64,000 bases of DNA from Patescibacteria group bacterium UBA3531. Its GTDB lineage: Bacteria > Patescibacteriota > Minisyncoccia > Phycocordibacterales > UBA3531. The DNA is taken from the NCBI GenBank assembly GCA_002376885.1, contig DFOW01000001.1, positions 15,381 through 79,380 of the forward strand, written 5' to 3'. Below the pieces are notes generated by a model that searched no databases, was not told the DNA's origin, and saw only the letters and a program-made list of their open reading frames with translations. The translations under genes and the position numbers were made by a program. This document shows, in pieces, positions 35,229-43,969 of this stretch; position 1 is the stretch's first letter, and every line of letters begins with the position of its first letter.

Positions 35229-37559
35229 CTACGCCGCCTCGCCGTAGACCGGCCGGATCCGCGACCGCATCTCCTGGATCCTGCGTTCGAGGTCTCGCCT
35301 GAAGAACGTCTCCGGCGCAACCCGAACGATCGACGGAACGATCACGAGCGTTGCGACGAGACTCGCCACCATCGCGAGCGCGAGGAAGAACCCCAACACC
35401 CGAATGGGAACGAACGCCGAGAGCACGAGCGCGATGAACGCCAGGTTCGAACAGCAATCGAAGACGATCGGCATGCCGACGTCCTTGATGGCCACCCGAA
35501 GCGAGTTGTTCACGTTGCCAAAACTTCTCACCAGAAGACCCGTGCGGGTCACCAGGTGGATGTAGAAGTCGATAGCGGTCGCACCCACGATCAGCGTGAT
35601 AGCGAAGTTCGCAATGTCGATCGTGATGCCGAAGGCACCCATGAGGGCATAGACCAGCCCGTTGGCAAACGTCACGGGGACGAGGGCCAAGAAGGCGAGC
35701 CGCATGCTCCCCAAGAACCACCAGCACACGAGGACGAGAAGGATGGTCAGGAGCCCGTTGCTCCGTGCCCACGACTCGCCCAAGACATCGATCATCGCCG
35801 CCCATTCGAGGAACTCGCCGGTGATCCACAGGGAACCACCAAGGTCGTGTTCCTCCCGATACTCCCGGAGGGAGTCGCGGATGGCGTTGATCCGGTCGCT
35901 CGAGAACGCGTAGATGAACGGGTTCAAGACGAGGTACTCCTCGCCGTCATCCCGAAACTCGGACAGGACGTCCGGGTTGTCGAAGAGCGCGAACTGAGCG
36001 ATCGCATTCTCGTCGTTCGGGATCCGCTCGTCTGCCAGGTCCCCGTCGCGGAGCTCGCGGTTCATGCGAGCCACGCGCTCGTGGAGACCCGTACAGAAGG
36101 TGACGTCGGCGTGAGCCGACGCGTACCCGCAGACCTCGCGTGCCGTCTTGAGACATTCGGGGTCGTTCGTGCTCGTCTCGCACTTCAGCATGACCTGCAC
36201 GAACATCGTACCCCCGAAGTACTTCTCGAGGATGTCGAAGCCGTCGCGAGCCTTCTCCCCCTTCGGGATGAAGTGCGGCGGGTTCGAGCTCACGTTGACC
36301 TCTCTGATGAAGGGGGCCGCAATGATTACGGTCACCGCAACACCAGCGAGGACTCGTCTGCGTGAGTTGCTGAAGAGCGACATCTGGTGCGCCTTCTGCA
36401 AGAACCGCGCAAGCCGACTCCTGACGCGTTTCGACCGAATGGTCTCCGGCGTCGTGATGAGAGACGGAATGAACCAGACCGCTGCGGGAATGACCAGGAG
36501 GCTCGTAGCCGCACCGGTCAGGATCCCCACGATGGCGAACCAGCCGAAGTCGTGATGCGCCTGGACCGGGACACCCACCACCAGGGAAACGAATCCCAAG
36601 GTGCTGGTGAATGCCGCGGCCCGAACGGGACGGCTGACCAGCTCGAACGGGCTCTTGATGGCCTGCTCGAGGCCTTCGTAGTTCCTGTACGACCGCAGCA
36701 TGCACTCGAACACGTGGTACGCGTGCGATGACACGATTGCGAACAGGAGCACCGGAAGGCTTGAAGTCAGCACGTTCTGGAGGACACCGAAGTGCCCCAC
36801 CACACCGAGCGCCCCGACGATCGAGGTCGGGATCACGACGAAGACAGTGAAGACGGCTGCACGCCACCCAAGCACCGTCGACATGGTGATCCACAAGAAC
36901 ACGAGCGCCACTGCACCGAGCATCGCGAACTCTCGATTCGCGAGGATCTCGAACCAGCGGTTCTGGTAGTGGTTGGCGTACGGACCCGCACGGAAGGTGG
37001 CACCCTCCGTAAACGAATCTGCGAGACGCTCGAGTTCGTCGAAGACCTCGTTCTGCCCCTTCTTTCCGTCGAGACGGAAGACCATGAGGCTTGCGTAGCT
37101 GTCGGTCGAGACGATGCGCCCGTAGAGGAGCGGATCGCTTTCGATCTTTGCCCGAAGCGCACGCTCCTCTTCGCGCGTGGCGGGGACCTCTCGAATGAGA
37201 TCACCCACGCGCACCTCGCCCTCGCCCACGTTCTCGATGTAGTCGTAGCCCGTAAGCGAATGGACCACGGCTCCCGGCGCCAGGATCGAGGAGGTCTCGA
37301 CCTCGGCGTGGAGTGCCATGATCTTCTGGATGCAGCTGGCCGAGTAGGAACCCATGGGGCCCTTGCACTCGAGTCCGATGACCGCGTAGTCGTAGTCGAC
37401 GAAGACGCGATCGAACGCTGCGTTCTCGATGGCCTGGGGATGATCCGACTCGAGGTGACCCTCGAGAACCGGCGTCATCTCCGGACTGATCCCCAGAAGG
37501 GATACGGCCCAAAAGACCACGAGAGCGGTCAGAATGAAACCTGCCGTCTTTTTGCTCAC
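35229..37559 (-). CDS. RND-superfamily MMPL-type exporter (two 6-TM bundles)
   Basis: 776 aa. Duplicated 6-TM MMPL/SSD-like modules with large periplasmic loops. GTG start with SD AAAGGAG. GC-rich. Confidence 0.7.
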   Translation of the reverse strand: MSKKTAGFILTALVVFWAVSLLGISPEMTPVLEGHLESDHPQAIENAAFDRVFVDYDYAVIGLECKGPMGSYSASCIQKIMALHAEVETSSILAPGAVVHSLTGYDYIENVGEGEVRVGDLIREVPATREEERALRAKIESDPLLYGRIVSTDSYASLMVFRLDGKKGQNEVFDELERLADSFTEGATFRAGPYANHYQNRWFEILANREFAMLGAVALVFLWITMSTVLGWRAAVFTVFVVIPTSIVGALGVVGHFGVLQNVLTSSLPVLLFAIVSSHAYHVFECMLRSYRNYEGLEQAIKSPFELVSRPVRAAAFTSTLGFVSLVVGVPVQAHHDFGWFAIVGILTGAATSLLVIPAAVWFIPSLITTPETIRSKRVRSRLARFLQKAHQMSLFSNSRRRVLAGVAVTVIIAAPFIREVNVSSNPPHFIPKGEKARDGFDILEKYFGGTMFVQVMLKCETSTNDPECLKTAREVCGYASAHADVTFCTGLHERVARMNRELRDGDLADERIPNDENAIAQFALFDNPDVLSEFRDDGEEYLVLNPFIYAFSSDRINAIRDSLREYREEHDLGGSLWITGEFLEWAAMIDVLGESWARSNGLLTILLVLVCWWFLGSMRLAFLALVPVTFANGLVYALMGAFGITIDIANFAITLIVGATAIDFYIHLVTRTGLLVRSFGNVNNSLRVAIKDVGMPIVFDCCSNLAFIALVLSAFVPIRVLGFFLALAMVASLVATLVIVPSIVRVAPETFFRRDLERRIQEMRSRIRPVYGEAA

Positions 37560-37675
37560 CGTTTGCTCCTTTGGCGGACTTTCAAAGAACGCCTAAAAAG
37601 GTATGAATCTAGGTTAAAAGTGCCATAAATATATAAAAAAGTCAATAGTTATCGTGCCCCTGTGGATAGAGAAAG

Positions 37676-37712
37676 AGAAAAGGCGGCACGCGCGCGTGCC
37701 GCCTTCCTTGTC
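37676..37712 (-). terminator. rho-independent terminator after the LolA-like gene
   Basis: Minus sense: GGCGGCACGCG-CG-CGTGCCGCC followed by UUUUCUCUUUCUC. Confidence 0.6.
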
Positions 37713-37715
37713 CCC

Positions 37716-38540
37716 CTACTTCTTCGGGGGCTTCCTTCCCTGCTGGAGTGCTTGTTGGGTGCAGACAGGCACCCTGATCGTGGGGTCAATGACCCGCTCC
37801 TTCCACGTCACCTCGGTGGTACGCTCGGGAGTCTTTGGATCCCAGGCCACAAGCTTTGTGGGGAGTGCTCGCCCACCCACAGCCATGATGTTCTTGCGCC
37901 CAATGTCGATCATTCGCACCGGCACAAGCTCCGTGCCTTGCATCTTCTCTTGCGTGACACGAAGAAGAGCGCCGTCGCTCTTCGCAATCATCATCGTGGT
38001 CTGGTCGTACCCGCTCGCAAACCGCGGGCGGAGCACAAAGACGTACACGGGTTCATCGTCGAGCATGCTCTCCTCCATCCGAAGGACAGAGAAGTGCTCA
38101 CCTCGCCTGAACTCCATGTCGCCCTGCGAGAGCTCCGTTCCGAAGAACGCGTCACCCCGACTTGCGCCGCTGATGCGTCTCCGGTTCCGAATGGACGGGA
38201 GATACATCCAGTAGTCGTTCGATCCTTCGTCGATCGCGCGCTCCATTACGAGCATGGTGGTGTTGCGTACCGTTGTCGGGGCAAAGAACTGCCCAAACAA
38301 GCAGTACTCGTTGTCACGCTCTACCGTCCACACACCAAGCTCGCCCTTGAGTCGCCGCTTACCTCGCTTGGTATCGACGTTCTCGAGCGTTACTCGAGCG
38401 TAGTTGGGAGCGAAGTTCTGACGAAGAGCACGTTCCAGGATCTGTTCCGGGTTCACCGGAATGGCGTCTTCGATCGCTCGGGCGGTGCTCTCGCCACCAA
38501 GGAGAGAGCCTACCAGAAACAAAATGATAGCAAGCCGCAT
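37716..38540 (-). CDS. LolA-like periplasmic lipoprotein-sorting fold protein (partner of MMPL exporter)
   Basis: Signal peptide MRLAIILFLVGSLLGGESTA. 274 aa. The LolA/DUF1329-like assignment rests on size, the signal peptide and recurrent genomic pairing with MMPL exporters. Low sequence certainty. Confidence 0.4.
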   Translation of the reverse strand: MRLAIILFLVGSLLGGESTARAIEDAIPVNPEQILERALRQNFAPNYARVTLENVDTKRGKRRLKGELGVWTVERDNEYCLFGQFFAPTTVRNTTMLVMERAIDEGSNDYWMYLPSIRNRRRISGASRGDAFFGTELSQGDMEFRRGEHFSVLRMEESMLDDEPVYVFVLRPRFASGYDQTTMMIAKSDGALLRVTQEKMQGTELVPVRMIDIGRKNIMAVGGRALPTKLVAWDPKTPERTTEVTWKERVIDPTIRVPVCTQQALQQGRKPPKK

Positions 38541-38659
38541 GGCTCACCTCCTTGGAGTTTCGAAGATCCATGCGCGAAATGCGCATATCCAGTATTAAAA
38601 TAACACGTAAATTTTATTTGTCAATTAAACTGCCCTCCTTTAGGCCTTTTAAAGAATGC

Positions 38660-39454
38660 TTAAAGTTTTATATTCTTTTTATCTGTGACAAGAGAGAAGG
38701 TCTCATCATATCTACCTGCTGAAACAAAAAGTGGGTAGAAACTTATACTTGAAAAAATAACTGATTTTCCATTTTTACCGAGCGGTGTGTTTTTTTTAAT
38801 TTTTTGAAACTCTTTAAATTTATACTGATGAAATGGTTTGGGTGTTTTTAAGACGTCTTTTACTATATAAAGCTCTTTGTTGCGATGTCGTTTTCTCTGA
38901 TTTTTTAACATTTCTAGATTGCCAAGGATTTCCTCTATATCTCTTGCTACTATTTTATATCTCCTAGTTGATTTATCTGGTCCATATTCTAGAGAAACAC
39001 CGCATTTTGATGCACCTATTAAAGACCCCTTACCAAATTTATTTTTTCTAATTAGGGCTACTTTTGATATTGCAGAACAAGAAAGAAGTCTTTTTTTATT
39101 TTTATTAAAATCTGTAGTTATAAGAAGTCTATCTAGTTTTGAACTTGTACCATGAATATCTAAAACATAATCACATTTAGATATAATTTTTCGGATATGA
39201 TATGCGAGTTGTTGTTCCTGATTCCCACTTTTTTTACCAGGAAAACTTCTATTGAGATCTTGATGGATGTGTCGTGTCTTTGACTTCACTCCTTCTGGGT
39301 GAGCAATTATAAAAGTTATTGAGCCCTTTTTAAGGTCAATATTTTTTCTTAAGTATTTTATAGCCTCAATACCAATTGGTTCATCACCGTGGACGGCACC
39401 GACAATGGCAATTGATGGCCCTTTGATTTTACTTGTAGTTTTATACAGTTTCAT
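38660..39454 (-). CDS. succinylglutamate desuccinylase/aspartoacylase (AstE/AspA) family zinc deacylase
   Basis: SIAIVGAVHGDEPIG (the GxHGNE zinc motif of the AstE_AspA family). 264 aa. AT-rich, unlike the GC-rich neighbours. Confidence 0.65.
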   Translation of the reverse strand: MKLYKTTSKIKGPSIAIVGAVHGDEPIGIEAIKYLRKNIDLKKGSITFIIAHPEGVKSKTRHIHQDLNRSFPGKKSGNQEQQLAYHIRKIISKCDYVLDIHGTSSKLDRLLITTDFNKNKKRLLSCSAISKVALIRKNKFGKGSLIGASKCGVSLEYGPDKSTRRYKIVARDIEEILGNLEMLKNQRKRHRNKELYIVKDVLKTPKPFHQYKFKEFQKIKKNTPLGKNGKSVIFSSISFYPLFVSAGRYDETFSLVTDKKNIKL

Positions 39455-39518
39455 TATCTAAAAAAAATTTGGGGAGGGGCGGTGGTGTCATCATACGACG
39501 ACACCACCGCACATGCCC

Positions 39519-40277
39519 CTAGAGGTACTTCGCACACAGATCTTTGCATGTGAAGGCCCACGTAGCCACTTCGGCGGGACACCCGCTTGCACCGAAGACT
39601 CGAAACTCGATGGTCCCGTGCCCAGTGATTCGGATGTAGTGCCAGCAGCTTCGCAGATCTTCCGACCATCCGTCGGCGCGTGCCTTCTCGTGAACTTCTT
39701 CCCATCCCTTGAACTTGGGAGGTCGGAAGTTAGGGGCGACAACCTGGTAGAGCCTGTGACGCTCTCCGTTCGAGTGGTCCCCGACATTTCGAAGCTCGTC
39801 GACATGATCCACTACCCCATTGTAGACACGCAGAGCAGATTCATGATCGGGCATACCCACATGGATGTGGGTTCCCGTTACACGACATGCCGCATCGAGA
39901 ACTTCTCTGGGCATGTCTTTGGTGATCTCCGCGTACCTGCCAGTCGGGTCGGGGTACACCGAGAGACACATACCAGGAGGGGCTACCTCCAAGAATTGCA
40001 CCGAGAGCCCTAGGAACGAACATGCTCGGTTGAGCGCACGATCATTCCTCATGAGAGTACCGAGCACGTCTTTGGGAAGAACAGGCCCGATACGATCTTC
40101 AATCTGACATGCCGACAGCTCGAAACCGAATTCCTCACACTCTCCAAGAGAGGCAAGAACTTCGTGAGCTCTCGGAACGATCTCTCCCTTGTCATCGGTA
40201 ACGAAACGTTCCCGTTCGATACCGAGAAACAAGGACCTCTCTCTGTCGAAAGAGAAGCGATCCAAGAATTCTTTCAC
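39519..40277 (-). CDS. GCS2/YbdK-like carboxylate-amine ligase, C-terminally short (252 aa)
   Basis: LFLGIERERF (the GCS2 FTLGIELE metal-binding motif) and HIHVGM (the HVHVG motif) at YbdK-like spacing. GTG start 8 nt after GAAGGAGG. Preceded by a T-box leader. Confidence 0.45.
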   Translation of the reverse strand: MKEFLDRFSFDRERSLFLGIERERFVTDDKGEIVPRAHEVLASLGECEEFGFELSACQIEDRIGPVLPKDVLGTLMRNDRALNRACSFLGLSVQFLEVAPPGMCLSVYPDPTGRYAEITKDMPREVLDAACRVTGTHIHVGMPDHESALRVYNGVVDHVDELRNVGDHSNGERHRLYQVVAPNFRPPKFKGWEEVHEKARADGWSEDLRSCWHYIRITGHGTIEFRVFGASGCPAEVATWAFTCKDLCAKYL

Positions 40278-40299
40278 GAGAGTATCCTCCTTCTAAAGA

Positions 40300-40575
40300 A
40301 CTATTCGGGAACAAAAAATCCCGTCCTCACGACACAACCATCTGTATTGTGTCAAAAGGACGAGAGTTTTCCCGCGGTACCACCTTTTTTATCCCATTAA
40401 TGAAATGGGATCACTTAACTGACTCATAAAGATATCAGTTTTCCTATGATTACGGAGGAAGCCGAGCTACCACTATCGCAGTAGCCATCCTGCCTACGGA
40501 GGCGATACAAGCCCAACCCCGAATCCTTGTTCGGGACCTGCATCAAGGATTTTATTTCTTAAATATACTTCTATT
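40300..40575 (-). promoter_or_regulatory. T-box riboswitch leader (tRNA-sensing transcription attenuator)
   Basis: Minus-strand RNA carries the T-box sequence AAAAAAGGUGGUACCGCGG (consensus AGGGUGGNACCGCG, N=U). Antiterminator: AAGG/CCUU helix with a UGGUACC bulge and a CGGGA-AAAC-UCUCG helix. A competing 17-bp terminator hairpin CUCGUCCUUUUGACACA...UGUGUCGUGAGGACGGG plus AUUUUUUGUU follows. There is a Stem-III-like hairpin GAUCCCAUU-UCAUU-AAUGGGAU and a distal Stem-I hairpin GGCUACUGCGAUAGUGGUAGCUC. Confidence 0.75.
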
Positions 40576-40579
40576 GAAA

Positions 40580-40609
40580 GTATAAACACCAACAGTTTAA
40601 CTGTCAATA
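40580..40609 (-). promoter_or_regulatory. sigma-70-like promoter TTGACA-N18-TATACT driving the T-box leader, overlapped by the 13-bp palindrome ACAGTTTAACTGT
   Basis: Minus sense: CTGTATTGACAGTTAAACTGTTGGTGTTTATACTTTC. The palindrome spans the -35 and spacer region. Confidence 0.5.
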
Positions 40610-40620
40610 CAGAAAAGCAG

Positions 40621-40652
40621 GGGGCGCAGACCTTGACGCCTGCGCCCCCACT
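40621..40652 (-). terminator. rho-independent terminator of the trpS2/CM-MTase operon
   Basis: Minus sense: GGGGGCGCAG-GCGUCAAGGU-CUGCGCCCCC followed by UGCUUUUCUGU. Confidence 0.65.
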
Positions 40653-40654
40653 TT

Positions 40655-41776
40655 CTAGACACGAGTCGCTACCACGATCGTGTATGCACCATGCTCATTA
40701 CCTTCGTTGGAAAGACCTCGGTCAATCTTCTCGATCTCTTCACCGAGAAGCCCCTCCACCAGAAGGTTGCCTGGAAGCACGGACGACACTGTCGGATAGG
40801 TGTACATTTCGTCGATGACGAAATGTTGGTCGCTCACCATACTCTCGACGTCCGCAAAGGTGTACGGCCGTGCGAACACGGAGAACACCTCAGGTCCCGT
40901 CTCGGTATCCAGGTGGACATCGAGGCATTCCTCGTCGAGGTTGATCTGGGCTGCGAGACCCAGGGGCCACGGAAGGAATTGCTTGTAGACGAGAGCATCC
41001 AGGTTATAGAACGAGGCGAACAGCTTTCCACCCGGGGAGAGGACGTCGTGAAGGTTCGCAAGAAGCTTGCGGATCTCCCTGATGTCACTCCCTGTGCCCA
41101 TGGAAAGCGCTGCAAACGAGACAGAAGTCTGCGGGAACGAAAGGTTTCCTTCGTCCAGGTCATGGACGAAGAACTCGGCATTTCCGATGGACTTCTTCTT
41201 GGCCTCTCTGATCATGTGAGGACTGATGTCATAGCCCACCACACGATCGAACCTTGCCGCAAGGCGAGCGGCCTGAATCCCTGTAGCACAGCCAAGATCA
41301 AGGGCGCGCTCACGCTCGTCCTTGCTCATGTTCTCGACGATTCGATCGAGTACCTCTCTTTCGAACCTGAGATACGAGTCCGTGCTGAAGGTACCCCCCA
41401 GGAACTTCTCCTCGTACCATGGGGCGACACGCTCGGTTAGGTCGAGAAGCGCTTGCTTACGATCCCTCGGAGTCTTCTCCAGGGAATGGTCTCCCTGGAG
41501 AAGTCGAAGCTGTTCGTGACACGACTGAAGGATGGAGAAGTACATCAGCGCCCCAGCAAAATGGGAACGTACTCCGTACTTCTTTGCCCACTCCTGGGCT
41601 GCCTTCATCACACGAGCATCCTCGATTTCCTCTCGGATGATCGGCTGACCCTGGGAACGCTTGTAACGTTCCACCTGTGCCGCAAGCTCCATCCGACGAG
41701 CAAAGATCGCAAGGATCGTCTCGTCGACTGCCCCAAGCCTCTTTGCGAGGATCTCGAGGTTGGGTAGTTCTGTCAT
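40655..41776 (-). CDS. chorismate mutase (AroQ/CM_2) domain fused to class I SAM-dependent methyltransferase
   Basis: The N-terminal 90 aa, LEILAKRLGAVDETILAIFARRMELAAQVERYKRSQGQPIIREEIEDARVM, align to AroQ catalytic positions (Arg11, Arg28, Lys39, Glu52, Gln88 equivalents). Central MTase motif I LDLGCATGIQAARLAARFDRVVGYDIS and motif II/III GGKLFASF. Start is 13 nt after the trpS2 stop. Confidence 0.6.
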   Translation of the reverse strand: MTELPNLEILAKRLGAVDETILAIFARRMELAAQVERYKRSQGQPIIREEIEDARVMKAAQEWAKKYGVRSHFAGALMYFSILQSCHEQLRLLQGDHSLEKTPRDRKQALLDLTERVAPWYEEKFLGGTFSTDSYLRFEREVLDRIVENMSKDERERALDLGCATGIQAARLAARFDRVVGYDISPHMIREAKKKSIGNAEFFVHDLDEGNLSFPQTSVSFAALSMGTGSDIREIRKLLANLHDVLSPGGKLFASFYNLDALVYKQFLPWPLGLAAQINLDEECLDVHLDTETGPEVFSVFARPYTFADVESMVSDQHFVIDEMYTYPTVSSVLPGNLLVEGLLGEEIEKIDRGLSNEGNEHGAYTIVVATRV

Positions 41777-41789
41777 CTCTTGGATCCTT

Positions 41790-42788
41790 CTAGTACTGCC
41801 TGATTCCCATCAGGTCGCGTACTTGTTCGGTCGTTTCCTTGATCATGGCTCGGGCGGTCTTTCCACCTTCTACCAGAACTTCTTCGACGTAATCTCGCTT
41901 CTTGGCGAGTTCACGTCGTCTCTCCTGGAACGGCTCGATGACCGACGCAAGGCTTTCGATGAGGAGAGTCTTGCATTCACCGCAACCGATCGAGGCAGAT
42001 TGACACGCATGTGCAATCTCTCGGTTGCCTTTTTCGCCAGGAGTGATGAGCTCGTGAACCGGATACACGGACTTGCATCCGTGATACGGGTCACCGGGAT
42101 CGGTTCGTGTCCTTCGTGCAGGGTCCGTGACTCCGCGCTTCTTGTACAAGTTACCGATTTCGGCGATAGGAAGATTGATGTCGACAGCGTTACTGGCGTC
42201 TGACTTTCCCATCTTCCCACCGTCGAGACCAGGCACCTTCACCATTTCGGAGAGCATTCGCGGTTCTGCGAAAACATCTCCGAAGCGGCTGTTGAAACGA
42301 CGAGCAATGGAGCGCGCCATCTCAACGTTCGGGACCTGGTCCTCGCCACACGGCACAAGGGTCGCCTGCGGACCAAGAATGTCCGCAGCCATCAGCACGG
42401 GGTAGGAAACCAAACCGAGACTCACACGGTCCGGATTCCTCTTCACCAGATCCTTGAAGGTCGGAACCCTCTGCAGATCTCCAAGCGGTTGAAACATGGA
42501 GAGATACAGGAAGAGTTCCACCGTCTCGGGAACGCTCGACTGAGCGTAGATGACGGACTGCTCCGGGTCGAGACCCGCAGCGAGGTAGTCCGTAACGATC
42601 TCGAGGAGGTTCTTTCGAAGCTCTTCGGGGTCGTCGAGCGTCGTCAAGGTGTGCAGATCTGCAACGAAGTAGAGGCAGCGATTTCCTTCCGCCTGATGCT
42701 CCACAAAGTTCCTCACTGCACCCAGGAAGTTTCCGAAATGGAGTCTTCCTGTAGCCCTGATTCCAGAAAGCACGGTCTCTTTATTCAC
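41790..42788 (-). CDS. trpS: tryptophanyl-tRNA synthetase, GC-rich second copy (possible Fe-S type)
   Basis: LSGIRATGRLHFGNFLGAV (HIGH region), SYPVLMAADIL, KMGKS. C-terminal Cys cluster HGC...HAC...CGEC. GTG start after GGAGGAG. Confidence 0.8.
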   Translation of the reverse strand: MNKETVLSGIRATGRLHFGNFLGAVRNFVEHQAEGNRCLYFVADLHTLTTLDDPEELRKNLLEIVTDYLAAGLDPEQSVIYAQSSVPETVELFLYLSMFQPLGDLQRVPTFKDLVKRNPDRVSLGLVSYPVLMAADILGPQATLVPCGEDQVPNVEMARSIARRFNSRFGDVFAEPRMLSEMVKVPGLDGGKMGKSDASNAVDINLPIAEIGNLYKKRGVTDPARRTRTDPGDPYHGCKSVYPVHELITPGEKGNREIAHACQSASIGCGECKTLLIESLASVIEPFQERRRELAKKRDYVEEVLVEGGKTARAMIKETTEQVRDLMGIRQY

Positions 42789-42895
42789 GTCTACTCCTCC
42801 GAAGGTTTCTAACTCTAGGTGACAAGCACGATGCTTGGCAAAGACCTTGTTCTGATCAGAAGTCTAACAATTAAAACTTTGTTGTCAATGTTTAA

Positions 42896-43969
42896 CTACA
42901 CCCCCTCTTCCTTTAACTCTTCAATGAGTTTTTTTGCTTTTTTAGAAAGCTTGCCTGGAGTTTTTACAATGAGTTTTATAAGTAGGTCTCCTCGTTTATT
43001 GTCACTTACCGGTACTCCTTTGCCACGCAAACGAAGCACCTCGCCACTTGAAGCACCTGCAGGGATCGTTACTTTTAGGTTTCCTTCAAGTGTCTCTACG
43101 CTGTAGTCTGCACCAAGCACGGCATCGGTAAGTTTTACATTTAAATCCATAAGAAGATCTGATGCTTGCCGTTTAAAGGCTTCGTGTGCTTCTACATGCA
43201 CTCGCAAATACAGATCTCCTGTTACCCCATGTGGCACAGCCTCTCCTTTCCCGGAAAGCCTAATCATTTCGCCATGTTGGATACCTGCTGGGATAGTGAT
43301 ATTAATTTCTTCATCACTTTTTACTACGCCAGAGCCGTTACAGTCTTTACACTTTTCTTTAGGAATTGAACCCTTTCCAAAACAATCAGAACACTCTTTA
43401 ACTTGTGTAAAGGTCCCTAACAGAGATTTTCTTGTTTCGTGGAGTTTACCCTTACCGTTACAGGTATTGCAGGTGATTGTCTCCTTTTCATTCTTTGCCC
43501 CCGTACCATTGCAGGTTTTACACTGAGAGTTTTTAGTGAGTTTTATGATGCGAGTCGTTCCAAAAATGCTTTCCTTAAAAGGCAGTTGAATATCTACTTG
43601 GATGTCGCTCCCTCGGCGGACATTTGCACCACGGCCACCAAACGGACCACCCCCGGTAAAGATGTTTTCAAAAATATCACCCAAGTCGACATTAAACCCA
43701 TCTGCTCCTTGGAAACCAGAGAAATCAAAACCACCAAAACCTTGTCCACCGCCACCAGAAAATGCCTGGCCGTAGGTATCGTATTCGGCTCGTTTTTTAT
43801 CGTTTGAAAGGACTGTGTAGGCCTCGTTTACTTCTTTGAATTTTGCTTCGTCTCCCCCTTTGTCGGGATGGTATTTATGCGCAAGACGTCTAAAGGCTTT
43901 TTTGATTTCGTCTTTAGAAGCCTTTTTATCTACCCCCAATACTTGATAGTAGTCTTTATTGGCTGACAT
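42896..43969 (-). CDS. dnaJ: chaperone DnaJ
   Basis: J-domain with HPD (YYQVLGV...KYHPDK). G/F-rich linker. Four CxxCxGxG zinc-finger repeats. Confidence 0.9.
   Translation of the reverse strand: MSANKDYYQVLGVDKKASKDEIKKAFRRLAHKYHPDKGGDEAKFKEVNEAYTVLSNDKKRAEYDTYGQAFSGGGGQGFGGFDFSGFQGADGFNVDLGDIFENIFTGGGPFGGRGANVRRGSDIQVDIQLPFKESIFGTTRIIKLTKNSQCKTCNGTGAKNEKETITCNTCNGKGKLHETRKSLLGTFTQVKECSDCFGKGSIPKEKCKDCNGSGVVKSDEEINITIPAGIQHGEMIRLSGKGEAVPHGVTGDLYLRVHVEAHEAFKRQASDLLMDLNVKLTDAVLGADYSVETLEGNLKVTIPAGASSGEVLRLRGKGVPVSDNKRGDLLIKLIVKTPGKLSKKAKKLIEELKEEGV

Noticed and set aside
34364-37628. Many long ORFs on both strands inside the GC-rich island (e.g. 34364..35035, 34444..35247, 35214..36365, 35947..36894, 36792..37628, 37662..38603)
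   Set aside because: High GC suppresses stop codons in all frames. These overlap the well-supported PlsC-like, MMPL and LolA-like genes. Their translations are low-complexity R/P/G/A-rich strings typical of off-frame GC-rich translation.
40594-40606. 13-bp palindrome ACAGTTTAACTGT overlapping the T-box promoter as a dedicated repressor operator; GTTAAAC next to TTGACA also upstream of trpS2 at about 42860
   Set aside because: The palindrome is short and AT-rich. The second site shares only GTTAAAC in a different position relative to the -35. Recorded as a feature but not claimed as a regulon.
9860-42860. GC-rich islands as assembly chimeras or contamination rather than HGT
   Set aside because: Cannot be excluded from sequence alone. 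Two things argue for real integration: the islands join host genes at compact, functional junctions (a terminator 30 nt before the native plsC start; the AT-rich astE/aspA gene nested between GC blocks; shared minus-strand operon polarity), and HGT explains the xenolog pairs. This needs read-level verification.
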